Below are positions 34,111-36,535 of a stretch of 36,535 bases of DNA, piece by piece. Within the stretch, counting starts at the first letter, position 1. Each line of letters starts with the position of its first letter. The stretch comes from Octopus bimaculoides (lineage: Eukaryota), in NCBI RefSeq assembly GCF_001194135.2, contig NC_068989.1:37785555-37822089 (forward strand). The letters are read 5' to 3'. The position numbers and the translations under genes are program-made. A model generated the notes under the pieces. That model was not told the DNA's origin and did no database searches. It saw nothing but the letters and a program-made list of their open reading frames with translations.

Positions 34111-34615
34111 CCTCTTTCGCATTTTAATTTAAAATAAATTTTGACTGGCCACCTGCTCCATAGCAAGGTTGTGAAGGAAAACATCTTGTTTTGTCCATCA
34201 TTCTTTAACTCTTAAGAAGATCTTGCATATTTTTATGGCCCTAGATATCATGATCATTTGTAGTGTGTGAATTATGGGTTTATGTTCTCTCTCCAAGAAC
34301 CCAAGTTCAGCCATGCTTTGCTCCAGGTGGGTTGGTACTTGTTCTTTTGCTCCAATAATAAGTATAAAGCTGAATGTGCATCTTGGATACTGGATTTGCA
34401 AACTTCTTATCAATGGTCCATAGATGTCCTCTTTCTCTTGTATCTTTCTAACCACATTGGTGCCCAGAGGGCAACTGATTTCCACAACAGAACATATCTT
34501 TCCCTTGTGGTCCAATACAACAATATCTGGATGGTTATGTTCTATCTCTCTGTCAGTTTTAATTTTTAAGTTCCACCAATATTCTTTTGACCCCATCGGT
34601 CTCAGTATAGTCAAA
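34111..34615 (-). mobile_element. 5'-truncated R4/Dong-type non-LTR retrotransposon 3' end (restriction-like endonuclease domain plus 3' UTR)
   Basis: Uninterrupted YWWNLKIKTDREIEHNHPDIVVLDHKGKICSVVEISCP...RKIQEKEDIYGPL...IIGAKEQV...TLQMIMISRAIKICKIFL*, matching the PD-(D/E)xK RLE (HNRPDIVV...IIDVAVP...EK..KY..L). Confidence 0.85.
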
Positions 34616-35769
34616 TTTGTGTGTATGTATGTGCATGTGTATGTACATGTATGTGTATGTATGATACACACACACACACACAAGGAATAAAGTGCAGAAA
34701 ACAAAGGTAAATGGATGCTTCATCAGTTTTGATGATGAGTATTCTAGTTGTTCTATCAACAGACATATCTAGTAATCATATTAATGCATGACTGAATATT
34801 CCATAGGTATATGCACATTTAATTCAATATTGATGTCCAATGAACTTGACACAGTTCATGGCAAAGCTTGCACTTTGAATTACTTGTATAATCCATCTGA
34901 TGTGCTTCTGCAGTGTCCCTCTACCCAATTGCACTCCCAAATCTCAGATCTTCTTGATGCTGTAGCTGAAGACACATGCCTAAGATTCAATATTGTAGTA
35001 TTTAAACTAAGCTTTCATTATTGTGTAGTAATTTTTTTTTAGCCATGTAAACATCCTGGCACTCAGTGTAAGATAATTTTATGAAATATGCAGTATTTAT
35101 CTTGCAATGAAATGTAAAGAAAAGTATTATACAACAGATTTCTATGCCTCCATGAGATTGGTATAGTTTAGAGTTTTTGTACACTTTCATCATAGAAACA
35201 GTACCCATCTGTTCACAGAAAGGAAAGTAGCTCATAGTTACCTATAGTATTTACAAATTAGAACTGATTCATTTAATTTGGATAACAGTGCCTGACAATG
35301 AAAATTAATAAATCATATATCAAATTATTTGAAAAAAACGTCTGAGTAATGTATCATTAATTAAACAAACATATTTTCAGTGTATGCAGCATTATGCAGC
35401 ACTACGAGTATCTATCTATCTGTCTGTCTGTCTAAACAATTTCTGTCTCACCAATTTGACCCCCTTGGCTATAGTTAAGGCACTTGCCTAAGGTACCATA
35501 CAGTGTGATTGAACCCAGAACTTCCTGCTTGCAAAACAAACTTGTTAAGTGTGGGGACATGCTTATATATGAGAGTGTAAAAGGTTGATAGTAACAAGAG
35601 ACATTAGTCTCTCTCTATCACCTCTTAACAAAATTATTTATTAGGAAACAGTAGAACAATTAACAACATAATGAAAATAGGTTTTATTTTGGTGATGCTT
35701 GGCTTTACAAATCCTGTGTCATTCTGCCTAGCAGCTGCTGGTTAACTTGTAATCAGCATCTGGATATTA

Positions 35770-35960
35770 AGAGCTTCGTTGAGGCATGCTAAAGGAGCAA
35801 GTAGTTGTCACGTCGAAAGCATTGCGCTAAAGAGGCTTAGGAACCGCACGAAATGCTTTAAGTACTGGTTTTACTACGCATGCGCACTCGAAGGGCTTCT
35901 GGGAAGGCAAGAGCCTTGCGCATGCGTAGATTGTACTTCCTTAATGGTGGCCATAATTAG
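35770..35960. promoter_or_regulatory. CpG-rich promoter-like patch with inverted NRF-1-like motifs
   Basis: Local CpG excess. CTACGCATGCGCA (35874-35886) and TGCGCATGCGTAG (35917-35929) form a perfect 13-bp inverted repeat around TTCTGGGAA (35897-35905). Confidence 0.45.
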
Positions 35961-36535
35961 ATTAAAAAATTCGAGTTAAGAGTAGCAGCAAGTTAATGTT
36001 GAAAGTGAGGTCTCATATCAATGAGCAAGAAGGAGAAATGTACAATGGAGCCAGTTAAAAGAAGGGCCAAAACAGTGTAATCTCTGCTGATGACACAGTA
36101 AGATTGTTGCTAGTGTCATGAATGCGGAGGTACATATACACGTTTACATGCGTGTATGCATGTGTATGTATGTATAAAGAGCGAACAGATCTTCTTACAA
36201 ATATGTTTTATCAAAGACACCACTATGTTCAAGTTTGCTTAATTTTATTATGGATTTTTCGCATTTCCTTATTTTTCCTGTGAATGCCATGAAACATTAA
36301 TAGACCAATGGAGTTAGAAATGCTATAGTTCAAGACTGAATATAAGAAAATACTAAGAAAATAGGAAAAATTATAAATAAAAATCAAACTTGAACACTAT
36401 ATATATATATTTATATATTTATATATATGTATGTTTATATGTTTGTATGTATGTTTGTGTGTATGCATATTTGTGTGTGTGTATATATACAAATAAATAG
36501 ATTTATATATGTATAAATATGTGTATATTTGTGTA

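Noticed and set aside
35968-35990. AATTCGAGTT match to the 5' end of the half-LINE copies
   Set aside because: Only 10 bp with no further alignment; compatible with chance.

Overview
AT-rich, repeat-saturated eukaryotic genomic DNA with two assembly gaps. The repeat families (tRNA-derived SINEs with (AAT)n or (GAT)n tails, RTE, Penelope-like elements, mariner, dense CA/TA microsatellites) look like a cephalopod (octopus-type) genome; that assignment is recalled from experience, not tested. I found no recognisable intact host gene, and most track ORFs are microsatellite artefacts. Main content: (1) a decayed Neptune-like Penelope element (-, ~1.65-6.26 kb) split by a 1686-bp Helitron whose removal restores the RT reading frame apart from one frameshift; (2) a minimal hammerhead-ribozyme-like motif at 1355-1381, with a decayed second copy at ~32.1 kb; (3) stacks of SINEs; (4) a full-length defective D34D mariner (15797-17062); (5) a 5'-truncated Naiad-type Penelope element (+, 19.8-21.8 kb); (6) two diverged head-to-tail copies of a ~1.8-kb element that encodes only an L1/Tx1-type ORF1 (RRM-like region plus zinc knuckle) and no reverse transcriptase (22.35-25.80 kb), the most unusual item here; (7) an R4/Dong-type RLE fragment in a (CATA)n tract; (8) a CpG-rich promoter-like patch with inverted NRF-1-like sites at ~35.9 kb. 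All protein motifs were read by eye; unless a boundary is pinned to a quoted motif, it is approximate.
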